The position numbers and the translations under genes are program-made. DNA of 64,000 bases. Origin: Longimicrobiales bacterium. GTDB taxonomy: Bacteria; Gemmatimonadota; Gemmatimonadetes; Longimicrobiales; Gaopeijiaceae. Positions 20,276 to 30,894 of the stretch are shown piece by piece (position 1 is the stretch's first letter; every line of letters begins with the position of its first letter). Below the pieces are notes generated by a model. The model had not been told where the DNA came from. It searched no databases and saw only the letters and a list, made by a program, of their open reading frames with translations. The stretch is taken from assembly GCA_965238005.1 (NCBI GenBank), contig OZ250165.1, forward strand, positions 800,001-864,000, written 5' to 3'.

Positions 20276-20535
20276 GGCTTCTCTCCCCGCGCCGGAACCC
20301 CACCCACCAACACAGCGCCGTCCTCCCCGGAGCAACCGGCCCGGCCCGCTGCCCGTCGCCCGCACTCCATGCCCTCGACAGGACCTCCGCCGAGGGCTCC
20401 GGGGGTGTGCGCGACCGCGCCGGCGGAGCCACCGGACGGGCCGTTCGTACGTCTGAATATCTCTACGCAGAGCCAGCACTTGAGACACTTCCTACGGGTT
20501 GATGTCCTCGCAAACGGGTCTTCGTCGTTGCGGCC

Positions 20536-21159
20536 ATGCGGACGCTGGAGCAGCAGTTCGCTTCGCGGTTGAGCGCGTTCCTGCGGCGCACGGGCCTGAG
20601 GCCGACGACGTTCGGCAGGATGGCGCTGGGCGACCCGAACCTGGTGCGCCAGATCGATGGCGGCCGCTCGCTGTCGCTCAAGACCGCGGACCGGGTTCTG
20701 GCCTTCATGGCCGAGTACGACGGGGACTCGGGCGGCGCGCGGGACCCGCCCCGCCGCCCTCGACACCGGACGGCCGCGTCACGGACGAGGAGAACGTGGA
20801 GAAGCAGAGCGACGACCGAACAACCGATCGAACGGAGTACCAAGGCGCCGACCCGCTTCCTGCGGCTGCCTGAGGTGCAGGCCCGCACGGGCCAGTCGCG
20901 GAGCACGATCTATGTGCGGGTGGAGCAGGGGCGCTTCCCCCGGCCGGTCTCGCTGGGTGCGCGCGCCGTGGGCTGGATCGAGGCTGAGGTGGACGAGTGG
21001 ATCCGCGAGCGGATCGAGGCGAGCCGGAGTGTCGCGGACGGTGCCGTCCACTGCCCCCCAAGAGGGAGGACCCGGCGGTCATTCTCATCACCCGTCTCCA
21101 GACCGACGGGGCGCCGGTCGCGGAGGAGGAGGGATGATCGGCCATCTCCCGGGCCGTGA
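20536..21159 (+). CDS. alpA: AlpA-family regulator with extra N-terminal helical domain (copy 1)
   Basis: FLRLPEVQARTGQSRSTIY..GRFPRPVSLGARAVGWIEAEVDEWI. Confidence 0.85.
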   Translation: MRTLEQQFASRLSAFLRRTGLRPTTFGRMALGDPNLVRQIDGGRSLSLKTADRVLAFMAEYDGDSGGARDPPRRPRHRTAASRTRRTWRSRATTEQPIERSTKAPTRFLRLPEVQARTGQSRSTIYVRVEQGRFPRPVSLGARAVGWIEAEVDEWIRERIEASRSVADGAVHCPPRGRTRRSFSSPVSRPTGRRSRRRRDDRPSPGP

Positions 21160-21468
21160 CCAGGCGCTCGGGTCCTTCGGCTGGACGGGACGCGACGGAC
21201 GCACCGTGGATCGGCACTCGGAATCGTGCACCTCCCGGCGTGAACAGTTCCACGCCGGTGACTTCCCCTTCCCACCCCCATCTGGATCGACCTTCCGCCG
21301 CACCCGTGAAGGGAGGCTCCCCGGAGCCCCGATGGGGGCGTTGCCCAAGCCATTGGCGGCGCGATCCAGCGGCTTCGGCGCCGTCCGGAACGACCCCGAA
21401 CGTCCCGGGACTGTAGGCAGTTTGCTAAAGGTTGACGCCCTTGCGCAGAGGTCTTCAGCGTTCGGGGC

Positions 21469-21987
21469 ATGATGACGCTGGAGCAGCAGTTCAGATCGCG
21501 GGTGAGGGCGTTCCTCGGACGCTCGAGCCTGAGCCCGACGAGGTTCGGCAGGATGGCGTTGGGCGACCCGAGTCTGGTGCGCCGGATCGAGCGCGGTCGT
21601 TCGCTGACGCTGAGAACGGCGGACCGGATTCTGGCGTTCGTGTCCGAGTACGACGGGAAGACGGGCGGCACGCGCGATCCGCCCCGTCGTCCTCGATACC
21701 GGAAGCCCTCGCCGCGAGCGAGGAAGACGAACAGGAGCAGAGCGACGACCGAGCAGCCCATGGAACAGAGAACGAACGCGCCGACCCGGATTCTCCGCCT
21801 GTCGGAGGTGCAGGCCCGCACGGGTCTGTCGCGGACCACGATCTACCGGTGGCGGGTTGGGGGACGCTTCCCCCGGGCGATTGTGCTGGGAAGGCGGACC
21901 GTGGGCTGGATCGAGTCGGAGGTGGAGGAGTGGATCCGCGAGCAGATCGCGGAGAGCCGGGGCGGCGCCGAGAGTGCCGCCCACTGA
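21469..21987 (+). CDS. alpA: AlpA-family regulator (copy 2), first gene of the vir operon
   Basis: ILRLSEVQARTGLSRTTIY..GRFPRAIVLGRRTVGWIESEVEEWI; paralogue of 20536. Confidence 0.88.
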   Translation: MMTLEQQFRSRVRAFLGRSSLSPTRFGRMALGDPSLVRRIERGRSLTLRTADRILAFVSEYDGKTGGTRDPPRRPRYRKPSPRARKTNRSRATTEQPMEQRTNAPTRILRLSEVQARTGLSRTTIYRWRVGGRFPRAIVLGRRTVGWIESEVEEWIREQIAESRGGAESAAH

Positions 21988-22009
21988 CCCCGAGATGGAG
22001 GACAAGAGA

Positions 22010-22297
22010 ATGAGAACGTTGTTGACGACGGTGCGGACGGCTGCGTGGGCCGCGCTGTGGATGCTCGTGCCCGCCCGGCTGTTGGCCCAGGGCACGAGTC
22101 CGTGGGTGGAAGCGGTGAACGAGCTTCAGGCGCAGTTCACGGGTCCGATCGCGAGGGGGCTGTCGCTGATCGCGATCGTGGTGGGCGGGCTGATGTTCGC
22201 GTTCGGCGAGGGCGGGAGCAAGCGCACGCTGGCCGGGATCATCTTCGGGCTCGGGATGGCGATGGGCGCGGCCAACTTCCTGGCCTGGCTGTTCTGA
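22010..22297 (+). CDS. virB2: VirB2/TrbC pilin
   Basis: Signal peptide, PW..FTGPIARGLSLIAIVVGGLMFAFGE, two hydrophobic helices. Confidence 0.88.
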   Translation: MRTLLTTVRTAAWAALWMLVPARLLAQGTSPWVEAVNELQAQFTGPIARGLSLIAIVVGGLMFAFGEGGSKRTLAGIIFGLGMAMGAANFLAWLF

Positions 22298-22602
22298 TGC
22301 GTGGCCTCAGGCGCTGGGCGGGCTACGCCGCGCTCAATCGTCCGCTGACGGTGCTGGGCGTGGAGCGGCGGCTGTTCCTCTTGGGCGCGACGCTCGCGCT
22401 CGCCGTGTGGAACGCGACGGCGTCGCTGGTCGCGGGCGGCCTGGTGTTCGCCGTCTGCTACGGTGCGGGCTGGCTCGCGGGCCGGAAGGATCCGGCCATG
22501 CTCGCGGTGCTCCGCGCGGCCGCCCGCCACCCGGCGCGGTTCGATCCGGGCAAGTGGGCGGACGAGCCCTGGCACTTGAAGATCCGGGCGGTCGGCAGGT
22601 GA
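22297..22602 (+). CDS. virB3: VirB3
   Basis: ALNRPLTVLGVERRLF, KDP motif; TGATG coupling. Confidence 0.85.
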   Translation: MRGLRRWAGYAALNRPLTVLGVERRLFLLGATLALAVWNATASLVAGGLVFAVCYGAGWLAGRKDPAMLAVLRAAARHPARFDPGKWADEPWHLKIRAVGR

Positions 22603-25046
22603 GGGTCGCGGAGGAGCTTCGGGCCTACGAGGCGGCGGGCTCGCTGGCCGAGGAGCTGCCCTACTGGGGCTGGCTCGACGACGGCCGCACCTGCCTGACC
22701 CGTTCGGGCGAGCTGATCGCGGCGGGCCGGCTGCGGCCCGCCGCGGTGGACGGGCGCACGCCGGAGCAGATCGACCGCGTGCTGGGCCTCTGGCAACGCC
22801 TGCTGTCGGGGCTCGGCCCGGGTACGCGCTTCCACTTCTATCTGCTCCGCCGCCCGGAGCCCGCCGTTCGCCCGGAGGAGCACGGCGGCTCGGACATCGC
22901 GTCGGTCTCGAAGCGGGAGCGCTGCTTATTTCTAGCCCGGCGGGTGCAGCGGCTCGATGCCTACGTCGTCTGGTCGCACGATCCCGGTCTCCGTCCGGTG
23001 GCCGATGGTTCCCGGTCGGGACCCGTCGCCCGGCTCACCGGGTTGTGGAAGCGCCGCCGCGGCAAGAGCGCGCCGACGTACCTCGCCTCGGAGATCGAGG
23101 CCGCGGCGGGCCGGTTCCGGGCGATGATCGAGGCGGGCCGCTCACTCGTCGCCGAACACACACCGGTCGAGATGCTGGGAGCCGCGGAAGCATCCCGGCT
23201 GCTTTCCGAACTGACGAACAGGCCGGGCACGGCGTGGGACGGGGCGACGGGCAGCGGCATGAACTGGCGGCTCGCGGTGTCGGAACTGGAAGCGGAGCGT
23301 TCGCATCTGACGCTCGACGGCGAGCCGGTGATCCTGTACTCGCTCCTGTCGCCGCCGGGCCAGGCGCACGCGAACCTGCTGCGCGACCTGTACTGTCTCG
23401 ATGCCACGCTCACGGTCTCCCTCGAGTGGCGACCGTGGACGGTCGAGGCGGCGCGGCGCCGGATCCGGGGCGCGCAGCGCCACTACTTCTCGCGCCGCTA
23501 CTCGATGATGGCGCACGTGCAGGAGACCGAGGGCACGGCGGCCGCGATGGTCGATTCGGCCGCAGCGGTCGAGTCGGACCGGCTGGGCGGCGCGCTCGTG
23601 GAACTCGAGGCGGACGGCGTGGGCTACGGCGAGGCCGCGCTGACGGTGGCGCTCCACGGCGACTTGGGCGAGATCGAGCGCCTGGACGGCGACGTGCGGC
23701 GGCTCTTCGCGGCGCACGACGCGAAGGCGGTCCGGGAGGGCTACGGCCAGCTGCCCGTCTGGTTCGCGCGGCTCCCGGCCCAGCCGCCGGGGCGGCAGGT
23801 GCGAACGGTGTTCGTCTCGGCCGGGCTCGCCGCGTGCCTCGCGCCGGTGTTCGGGCCGCCCGGGGGCTCGGCCCGGAGCCGGCACCTCGGCCGCGAGGCG
23901 CTCGCGGTCCTCGAGACCCCGTGGCGCACCGCGTATCACTACGATCTGTTCGCGGGCGATGTGGGCCACACGCTGATCCTCGGCGCGACGGGCTCCGGCA
24001 AGAGTTTCGCCTTGAATTTTCTTCTGGTCGAGGCGCTCAAGTACGGCCCCCGCGTGCTGATCCTGGACCTGGGCGGCTCCTACCGCTGGCTGACCCGCTT
24101 CGTCGGAGGCTCCTACCTCGAGCTCACGCCCGGCGACTCGGAGTCCGGGCTCAGGCTTCAGCCGTTCGCGCTGCCCTCAGGCACGCGCACCTTCCAGTTC
24201 CTGACCGGCTGGGTGCTCCGGCTGCTGAAGCTGGGCGGCTACGAGGCGGGCGGCGCGGACACGAGCGAGCTCCGCGCCCGCATCGAGGACCTCTACGCGC
24301 TCGGGCCGGAGCGGCGCACGCTCGGCGTGCTCACCGGCTCGCTCCCCTCGGCGATGTGGCCGGCGCTCAGCCGCTGGACCGGAGATGGAGCCTGGGGCCG
24401 GTACTTCGACAACCCGCCGGCAGGTGCGGCGGACCTCGAGTTTGGCGACTGGCAGGTGATCGATCTGGCGGGCGCGGCCGAGCATGCGGATCTATGCGAG
24501 GGCGCGCTGTCGTACCTGCTCGAACGGATGCGCCTCGAGATCGAGGATGCGTCGGAAGCGGCCCGGCTCAAGCTGATGGTCGTGGACGAGGCGTGGCGCT
24601 ACCTGGCCGACCCTGCGGTGCTCGCCTACCTGGCCGAGGCGGCGAAGACGTGGCGCAAGAAGAACGCGGCGCTCGTGCTCGCGACCCAGTCCGCCGTGGA
24701 CGTGACGGGAACGGCGGGCGCCTCCGCGCTCCTCGAGTCGATCCCGACGAAGCTGTTCCTGGCGAACCCCGAGTTGCCGGACGAGGCCGGGGCGCTCTTC
24801 CGGCTGAACGAGTCGGAGCTGGCCCGGGTCCGCGAACTCGCGCCGAAGCGCGAACTCTATCTCCGCCGGCCGGACGAGGCGGCCGTGCTCCGCCTCGAAG
24901 TCGACGCCGCGAGCTACTGGCTCTACACCTCCTCGCCGCTCGACGCCGAGAAGCGCGCCGAGGCCGTCGCGAAACACGGCCTGGTACGCGCGCTCGAGGT
25001 GCTGGCGGGAGGAGCCCACCCCACCCCCAAGCCCGAGAGGAAGTGA
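22599..25046 (+). CDS. virB4: VirB4 ATPase
   Basis: GHTLILGATGSGKS, VVDEAW, TWRKKNAALVLATQS; GTGA overlap. Confidence 0.93.
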   Translation: MRVAEELRAYEAAGSLAEELPYWGWLDDGRTCLTRSGELIAAGRLRPAAVDGRTPEQIDRVLGLWQRLLSGLGPGTRFHFYLLRRPEPAVRPEEHGGSDIASVSKRERCLFLARRVQRLDAYVVWSHDPGLRPVADGSRSGPVARLTGLWKRRRGKSAPTYLASEIEAAAGRFRAMIEAGRSLVAEHTPVEMLGAAEASRLLSELTNRPGTAWDGATGSGMNWRLAVSELEAERSHLTLDGEPVILYSLLSPPGQAHANLLRDLYCLDATLTVSLEWRPWTVEAARRRIRGAQRHYFSRRYSMMAHVQETEGTAAAMVDSAAAVESDRLGGALVELEADGVGYGEAALTVALHGDLGEIERLDGDVRRLFAAHDAKAVREGYGQLPVWFARLPAQPPGRQVRTVFVSAGLAACLAPVFGPPGGSARSRHLGREALAVLETPWRTAYHYDLFAGDVGHTLILGATGSGKSFALNFLLVEALKYGPRVLILDLGGSYRWLTRFVGGSYLELTPGDSESGLRLQPFALPSGTRTFQFLTGWVLRLLKLGGYEAGGADTSELRARIEDLYALGPERRTLGVLTGSLPSAMWPALSRWTGDGAWGRYFDNPPAGAADLEFGDWQVIDLAGAAEHADLCEGALSYLLERMRLEIEDASEAARLKLMVVDEAWRYLADPAVLAYLAEAAKTWRKKNAALVLATQSAVDVTGTAGASALLESIPTKLFLANPELPDEAGALFRLNESELARVRELAPKRELYLRRPDEAAVLRLEVDAASYWLYTSSPLDAEKRAEAVAKHGLVRALEVLAGGAHPTPKPERK

Positions 25047-25050
25047 CACC

Positions 25051-25911
25051 ATGAGGCTACCCACCATACCCATCGTACTGACGCTTCTCGTGACGGCGCT
25101 TCCCGCCGGAGCCGCCGCGCAGGAGAAGGACGCCGTCTTGCTCCGCGTGCCGGTCGCCGAGGACGGCGAGGACCGGATCCACCGGCTGCGCGCGCGGGTG
25201 CGCCACACGACGGTGATCGTGCTGCCGGCCGGCGAGCGGATCCTCGACTTCGTGGTCGGCGACTCGGAGTACTGGCACCTGACCGGCGCGGCGAACGTCG
25301 CGTTCCTCAAGCCCCTGGCCGAGGACGCGGCGACGAATGTCGCCCTCGTCTGCGAGTCGGGCCGCATCTACTCGTTCCTGGTCTCGGAGCACGGTGAGGA
25401 GCCCCCGCATCTCGTCATCCGCGTCGAATCCGGCGCGGAGGCTGCGGGCGCATCGGGGGGCGGCGGGAACGTCCCCGCCTTCGTCGCCCGCAGCGACGTG
25501 GCGGCCTACCGGCAAATGGCTGCCGAGGCGGCGGCAGCGGCCCGTCGGGCGCGCGAGGAGGCCGAGGCGGGCATCCTCGAGGCGCGCGCGCGGGCGGCAG
25601 CGGAGATCGAAGCGTTCCGCGCCTCCTATCCGGGACGGATCGCGTTCGAGTACCGGCTGGACGACAAGGCGAAAGATCGTCCGTTCCTCGTCGAGGCGAT
25701 GTGGCACGACGGGCGGTTCACCTACGTCCGCTCGCGCGCCCAGGAGTCGCCGGCGCTCTACGAGCTCAGGGACGGCGAACCGAGCCTGGTCGCGTTCGAT
25801 CTGACCGAGGACGGCCTCTACATCGCACGCCACGTGCTGGGCGACGGGTGGCTCCAGGTCGGCGACAAGCGGGTCGGCTGGCGGTTCACGCCCGCGCAAG
25901 CGCTCCGATGA
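25051..25911 (+). CDS. virB9: VirB9/TrbG
   Basis: Signal peptide, GDSEYW, FLKP, TN, MWHDGRFTY, PALY. Confidence 0.88.
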   Translation: MRLPTIPIVLTLLVTALPAGAAAQEKDAVLLRVPVAEDGEDRIHRLRARVRHTTVIVLPAGERILDFVVGDSEYWHLTGAANVAFLKPLAEDAATNVALVCESGRIYSFLVSEHGEEPPHLVIRVESGAEAAGASGGGGNVPAFVARSDVAAYRQMAAEAAAAARRAREEAEAGILEARARAAAEIEAFRASYPGRIAFEYRLDDKAKDRPFLVEAMWHDGRFTYVRSRAQESPALYELRDGEPSLVAFDLTEDGLYIARHVLGDGWLQVGDKRVGWRFTPAQALR

Positions 25912-27164
25912 GCCGCTGGAAGCAGTGGGTGAAGGAGCCGAAAGGCGCGCTGCCGGGCGGCATCGTCACGAAGGCCGGGATCGTCCTGATCGCCGTGCTC
26001 GTCGGCGGCATGCTGTTCTCGTCGTCGCTCACCGGTCCCGAGGAAGACGCAACCGCTGCCGGAGCGGCGCCGGAGGCGCGGGCGGTGGACGACCGCGTGG
26101 GCCGGGCGTTCGAGGGCCGCCTCCGCGCGGAGGCCGAGCGTCAGACCCAACAGGCGGCGGCCAACGAGGCCCGCGCCGAGCAGGAACGCCGACAGGCCGC
26201 GGCCGCCCGGGATGCGGCCCGGGCCGACACGGAAACCGGACCGGGAGGTGGGGCGACGGGCGTCGGCCCGGCCGAGTACGAGCTTCGCGAGGCGCTTCGG
26301 CTCGAGGAGATCGAACGCAGGACGCGCTCGCTCCGCTCGCTGCCGGTTGCACGGTCGTACCGGGATCCGAACGAGGCCAGCGGCGGGGAAGCGGGCGATG
26401 GATCCGACCTTGAATCGGAGTTCCCCGAGGTCGCGCTCGAAGCGGCGCTCGCGTCGTTCGAGCGGTCCGTCGCCGCGCTCGAAGGCGAGATCGAGGCCGG
26501 GTTCGAGGCCGGGCAACTTCTCCCCGGCTCGCCGGGAGTTGCACGCCCGAACGTTCCTCGCGCGCCCGGCACGGCGGAGCCGGGCCTCACCGTCCGGCCC
26601 GCGGACCCGCCGGGCTGGGAGCGGATCCACGAGGGCTCGTTCCTCGAGGCCGTGCTGCTGACGCAGCTCTCGGGCGAGTTCCCCGGCCCGGTGCTCGCCA
26701 TCGTGTCGGTGCCGTTCCACTCGGCCGACCGCCAGCGGGTGCTGATTCCGCGCGGCGCGCGCGTCGTCGGCACGGCGCGGGCCGTCCAGGACCGGGACCA
26801 GAGCAGGCTCGCGGTCGCGTTCCACCGGCTGCTGCTGCCCGACGGCAGCTGGATCGACCTCGAGTTCGCGGGGCTCAACCAGGCGGGCGAGGGCGCGCTA
26901 CGGGACCAGGTGAGCCGCCACTACTTCTCGACGTTCGCGGCCGCCGGGGCCGTCGGCGCGCTGAGCGGTCTCACGCTCGCCGGAGCCTCGCCCTACGGAC
27001 TCCAGGCCGGCGTCGGGCAGGGACTCGGCCAGAGCGCCACCTCGGTCCTCGACCGGTTCCTGAACCGGATGCCCGCCATCACGATCCGCGCCGGCCACCG
27101 CCTGCGCATCTGGCTCACCTCCGATGTCCTGGTCCCGACGCCCGGGACAACGCCGATCCACTGA
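25908..27164 (+). CDS. virB10: VirB10/TrbI
   Basis: N-terminal TM, EGSFLEAVL, VLIPRGARVVG, PAITIRAGHR; ATGA overlap. Confidence 0.9.
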   Translation: MSRWKQWVKEPKGALPGGIVTKAGIVLIAVLVGGMLFSSSLTGPEEDATAAGAAPEARAVDDRVGRAFEGRLRAEAERQTQQAAANEARAEQERRQAAAARDAARADTETGPGGGATGVGPAEYELREALRLEEIERRTRSLRSLPVARSYRDPNEASGGEAGDGSDLESEFPEVALEAALASFERSVAALEGEIEAGFEAGQLLPGSPGVARPNVPRAPGTAEPGLTVRPADPPGWERIHEGSFLEAVLLTQLSGEFPGPVLAIVSVPFHSADRQRVLIPRGARVVGTARAVQDRDQSRLAVAFHRLLLPDGSWIDLEFAGLNQAGEGALRDQVSRHYFSTFAAAGAVGALSGLTLAGASPYGLQAGVGQGLGQSATSVLDRFLNRMPAITIRAGHRLRIWLTSDVLVPTPGTTPIH

Positions 27165-27183
27165 CCCCAAGGAGAACACCGTC

Positions 27184-28092
27184 ATGCGCTACCGCACACT
27201 CGCCCCCGCCCTCTTCATTCCGCTTCTACTGCTCGTGAGCACCACGCCGGCGAGCGCGCAGTTCGGCCTCGGCCTCGGCGGCGTGATCCAGCGCGCCCAG
27301 ATGATCGCCAACCAGATCACCCAGATCCGGAACCAGGTCCGCCAGGTGCGGGCGATGACCCGCCAGCTCACGGAGCTCGAGAACCAGCTCGACCACATGA
27401 GGCGCGCCGCGCGCGGCGAGGTCGACGCGCTGCTCGCGCCGTTCTCCGATCTTGCGGCCGAACCCGTGGGCCTCGTGAGGAACGGACTTGCGTGGGGATC
27501 CGACTTCAGCGGCGCGGCCCGCGAGACGGTCGATGCCGTCCGGGATCTGGGCGGTGGCCGCTCGCTCACCGGACTGTGGCGCAGCGCGCAAAGCACGGCC
27601 GACCGGGTGGGCGAGGCCGACATCCTCGCGCTGTTCCGCGACCATCCGCCCGAGGCCGCGACGCGCGCGCTGGAGGCCTACCGCCAGTCCCGGGAGGCGG
27701 CCGACCGGCAGCGCGTGCTCGACTACGCGACGCTCGACGCGGCGGCCGCGCTCGCCGAGGTGATCGAGAGCTCGCAGGGCTCGTTCGCCGGCCTCGCCGC
27801 GAACGGCAATCTCTCGAACACGGCGCTCCAGCAGGCCGGTGTGGCGGCCTCCCTGAGCCAGGGCCGGATCAACGCGGCGCTCGGCCAGGTGATGGCCCAC
27901 CAGGCGGTCGAGCAGGCGAGCCGCCTGCGGCAGGCCGAACTCGCACGGCTCGAGCACCTTGCCGAGTGGCGCGAGAGCCGGATCCGCGCGAACGCTTTTG
28001 CCGAGACGATGCGCACCGCCGCGTCCCGAAATCGGGACGCGCTCCGGGATGGGCTGCTGTTCCGGATCCCGTCGTTCTACACGGGCCGCTAG
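27184..28092 (+). CDS. VirB5/TrbJ-like secreted coiled-coil protein
   Basis: Signal peptide ASA-Q, QIRNQVRQV heptads, position before virB6. Confidence 0.65.
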   Translation: MRYRTLAPALFIPLLLLVSTTPASAQFGLGLGGVIQRAQMIANQITQIRNQVRQVRAMTRQLTELENQLDHMRRAARGEVDALLAPFSDLAAEPVGLVRNGLAWGSDFSGAARETVDAVRDLGGGRSLTGLWRSAQSTADRVGEADILALFRDHPPEAATRALEAYRQSREAADRQRVLDYATLDAAAALAEVIESSQGSFAGLAANGNLSNTALQQAGVAASLSQGRINAALGQVMAHQAVEQASRLRQAELARLEHLAEWRESRIRANAFAETMRTAASRNRDALRDGLLFRIPSFYTGR

Positions 28093-28110
28093 GCGAGGGG
28101 AGCGTTCGCA

Positions 28111-29100
28111 ATGCAACTCCCCCCGCAGTCCATCGACCCGAACGTTCCGGCGCAGATCCCCAACGACCAGCTCCAGGACTTCAAGAGCTTCCTGGACGTG
28201 GTGCTCGATACCGTCGTCGGCGCCGCCGCGCCCGACGTGCACGCGCTCGGGCTCCAGCTCTGGGGCGGGCTCGCCGCCGTGATGGTCGCCTGGACGGGTC
28301 TCAAGATCGCGTTCAGCGGCACCTTCGAGCCGTGGCAGGTCATTCGGCTCGTGATCGGGATCGCGATCCCCCGCACGCTGCTCCACTACTACATCGTCCC
28401 GATCCCCGGAGTGGGACTCACGTTCCCGGCCATGGTGGCGGGAGGGGGGATCTGGCTCCAGAACCTGTTCATCTCCGACGTGGTGTCGGCCGGCTACACC
28501 GAGATGACGGCGCTCGTGCAAGCGTACGCCGCGCATCTGGGCGGCGCGTGGTCGGGCGGGAACCTGCTGTCGATCATGACGGCGGGCGTGAGCGTGATCT
28601 TCTCCTCGTTCGTGACGCTGGTGATGGGCGCCTCGCTCGTGTTCTGCCTGCTGGCGCTCTTCTGCATCACCTATGCGCAGGTCATATGGGCGCAGGTCGC
28701 GATCGCCATCGTGATCCTGCTCGGACCCGTGTTCATCGCCTTCCTCTTGTTCGAGCCGCTCGCGTTCCTGTTCTGGGGATGGTTCCGGTCCCTCATGGTC
28801 TACACGCTCTACGGCGTCGTGGCCGGCGCCGTGCTCCGCGTCTTCATGGGCGTCGGATTGGGCTACATCACGACCTACGCCGATGCGCTCATGGGCACGG
28901 GCACGGCCGACCCGGCCGAGCTCTGGCTCTGGGCCGTCGTGCTTCTCCCGCTCGTCGTCTCCGGCCTCATGGCCGGACTCAAGGTCGGCGAGCTCGCCTC
29001 GATGCTCGTCTCCGGCTCCGGCTCCGCCGGGTCCGGGTTCGTCGCGCTCGCCATGCAGGGAGCCAGCCGCGCGGCGGCCCCCGCCAAGCCACCCGTCTGA
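28111..29100 (+). CDS. virB6: VirB6/TrbL
   Basis: Polytopic membrane protein, LLGPVFIAFLLF..FWGWFR. Confidence 0.88.
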   Translation: MQLPPQSIDPNVPAQIPNDQLQDFKSFLDVVLDTVVGAAAPDVHALGLQLWGGLAAVMVAWTGLKIAFSGTFEPWQVIRLVIGIAIPRTLLHYYIVPIPGVGLTFPAMVAGGGIWLQNLFISDVVSAGYTEMTALVQAYAAHLGGAWSGGNLLSIMTAGVSVIFSSFVTLVMGASLVFCLLALFCITYAQVIWAQVAIAIVILLGPVFIAFLLFEPLAFLFWGWFRSLMVYTLYGVVAGAVLRVFMGVGLGYITTYADALMGTGTADPAELWLWAVVLLPLVVSGLMAGLKVGELASMLVSGSGSAGSGFVALAMQGASRAAAPAKPPV

Positions 29101-29112
29101 AATCCCAAGGAG

Positions 29113-29790
29113 ATGCCGCCAATGAAACGAGACCGCCATGCGGGCCGCGAGTACGCCGAGATCTGGGGCGAGGCGGTCCACGCGAACCGGAGGCTCCGGA
29201 CGCTCGCGATCCTGCTTGCCGCGAGCTGCGTCCTGCTCGCCGTGATCCTGCTGCGGATCGCGGGCGCCGAGCCGCCGCGTCCCATCGTGGTCCGCGTAGA
29301 CGAGGTCGGCCGCGCCGAGGCGCTCGCCTACGAGGCCGCAACCGCCCAGGCCGATCCGCTCGATCCCACGACCAAGTACTTCCTCCACCGGTTCGTCGGC
29401 GACTTCCACTCGCGCCGCCGCGCGACCGTCGAGGAGCAGTGGACCCGGAGCCTTCGGTTCCTGTCGACCGAACTCGCGAACGCCGCTTTCCAGCGGGACG
29501 GCGCGGAGGTCGCAAGCGTGGCGGCCGGGACCGCCGACACCGAGCTCCAGGTCGAGCAGGTCGTGCTCCGCATCCATCCGTCTCCCGAGCCGCCCCACGG
29601 CGCGACGGCCGACTTCGACCTGGTGCACCTGAGGGACGGACAGGAGATCCGGCGCGAGCGCTGGTCGCTCACGCTCCGGTTCGAGTTCCTCAGGTCCATC
29701 CCGCGCGAGCTGGTCGTCCACAACCCGATGGGCATCCTCGTCACCTACCTCCAGGCCGACCAAGCGCTCGTGACCGGGCAGGAGCCATGA
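29113..29790 (+). CDS. virB8: VirB8/TrbF
   Basis: Single TM, VVRVDEVG, HNPMGILVT. Confidence 0.9.
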   Translation: MPPMKRDRHAGREYAEIWGEAVHANRRLRTLAILLAASCVLLAVILLRIAGAEPPRPIVVRVDEVGRAEALAYEAATAQADPLDPTTKYFLHRFVGDFHSRRRATVEEQWTRSLRFLSTELANAAFQRDGAEVASVAAGTADTELQVEQVVLRIHPSPEPPHGATADFDLVHLRDGQEIRRERWSLTLRFEFLRSIPRELVVHNPMGILVTYLQADQALVTGQEP

Positions 29791-30722
29791 TCGCACATCT
29801 CCGGGGCCGCGAGAAGGCGCTCGAAGCGTTCGGCTGGACGGACCGCGAGGCTGAGTGGGTCGCCCTGGTCTGTCTCCACAGCGGCGTGTTCACCCGAGAC
29901 CAGATCTCCGACTGGCTCGGGATCCACCACCGCACCGCGCGCCGATTCATCCGGGACATTTTGGACCGGAAGCTGGCGGCCATGGACAGGCTCGCAGGCC
30001 GGAGGGTCTGCCGGATCTCCGCGCGCGCAGTCTACCGGGCGCTCGGAGCCGAGGATGTCCGCCACCGCCGGATCGCCTCGGCCGAGGTGCTCCTTCGCCG
30101 GCTGCTCTCGCTCGACTACGTGATCGGGCACACCGGCCTGCCGTGGCTCCCCACCGAGCCCGAGAAGGTCGGCGCGTTCGAGGCGCTTGGGCTAGAGCGC
30201 AGCATCCTGCCCGTCCGGGCGTACCGGGGCGCCGCAGGCGAGACGCGGCGCTACTTCCCCCTCAAGCTGCCCGTTGCGCTTGACGGTCGGGGCGCGGTGT
30301 TCGTCTACGCCGATCCGGGCCACGAGACGGCCGCGGGCCTCCGCTCCTGGGGCCGCGCCCACCGGGAACTCTGGGGCGCGCTCAGGGAGCGGGACCGGCC
30401 GGTCGAGGCCATCGCGGTCGTCCTGGGCGGCGCGGAGTTCGAGCGGGCGGAGAAGGTCCTCGGCAACTGGACCGACCCGACCCGGCCCCCCAGCCGCTCG
30501 CAGGCGTCCGCGACCGGCCGTCGGATCCGCCGCGAGATCGAACGGATCGAACAGGCCATCCGCGGCAGGGACGAGAGCGTGATCCAAGCGTACGGCAGTC
30601 TCCGGGGCTGCCTGGCGCGGATCGTCGAACTCAGGGCCGCGCTCCCGACCGCGCTCTCGGAAGCGATGATCGACGGCTTCACGGTATGGCGTTCGACCCG
30701 GCTTTCGGGGGGTCTGTTTTGA
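29787..30722 (+). CDS. ICE-associated protein with probable N-terminal winged helix
   Basis: ATGA overlap with virB8; LHSGVFTRDQ, RRLLSLDYV; its 5' end recurs at 21134. Confidence 0.7.
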   Translation: MIAHLRGREKALEAFGWTDREAEWVALVCLHSGVFTRDQISDWLGIHHRTARRFIRDILDRKLAAMDRLAGRRVCRISARAVYRALGAEDVRHRRIASAEVLLRRLLSLDYVIGHTGLPWLPTEPEKVGAFEALGLERSILPVRAYRGAAGETRRYFPLKLPVALDGRGAVFVYADPGHETAAGLRSWGRAHRELWGALRERDRPVEAIAVVLGGAEFERAEKVLGNWTDPTRPPSRSQASATGRRIRREIERIEQAIRGRDESVIQAYGSLRGCLARIVELRAALPTALSEAMIDGFTVWRSTRLSGGLF

Positions 30723-30894
30723 GCGCCGCACGCGGGCGCCGATGCCGATCCGTGCGTGTCCGGTTCACTTTGCGGGTGACCGGACACGAAATCGCCGTTC
30801 GGACGGACACGGCATCGGCCGTCCATGTCGCTGGCGCTCTTGCGGTTGCGCCACGGCCAGCGAAGCGCGGATGCCGATCCGCGCTCCTTGGCCG

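Noticed and set aside
23045..25054. 669-aa alternate-frame ORF, and long antisense ORFs such as 27226-29796 and 40981-43047
   Set aside because: Arg/Gly/Pro-rich shadows expected at high GC over well-supported genes
27492..29786. 1076-aa ORF 27492-30722 as one giant protein
   Set aside because: Only 29787 onward looks protein-like; the rest is an off-frame GC-rich shadow over virB5-like, virB6 and virB8
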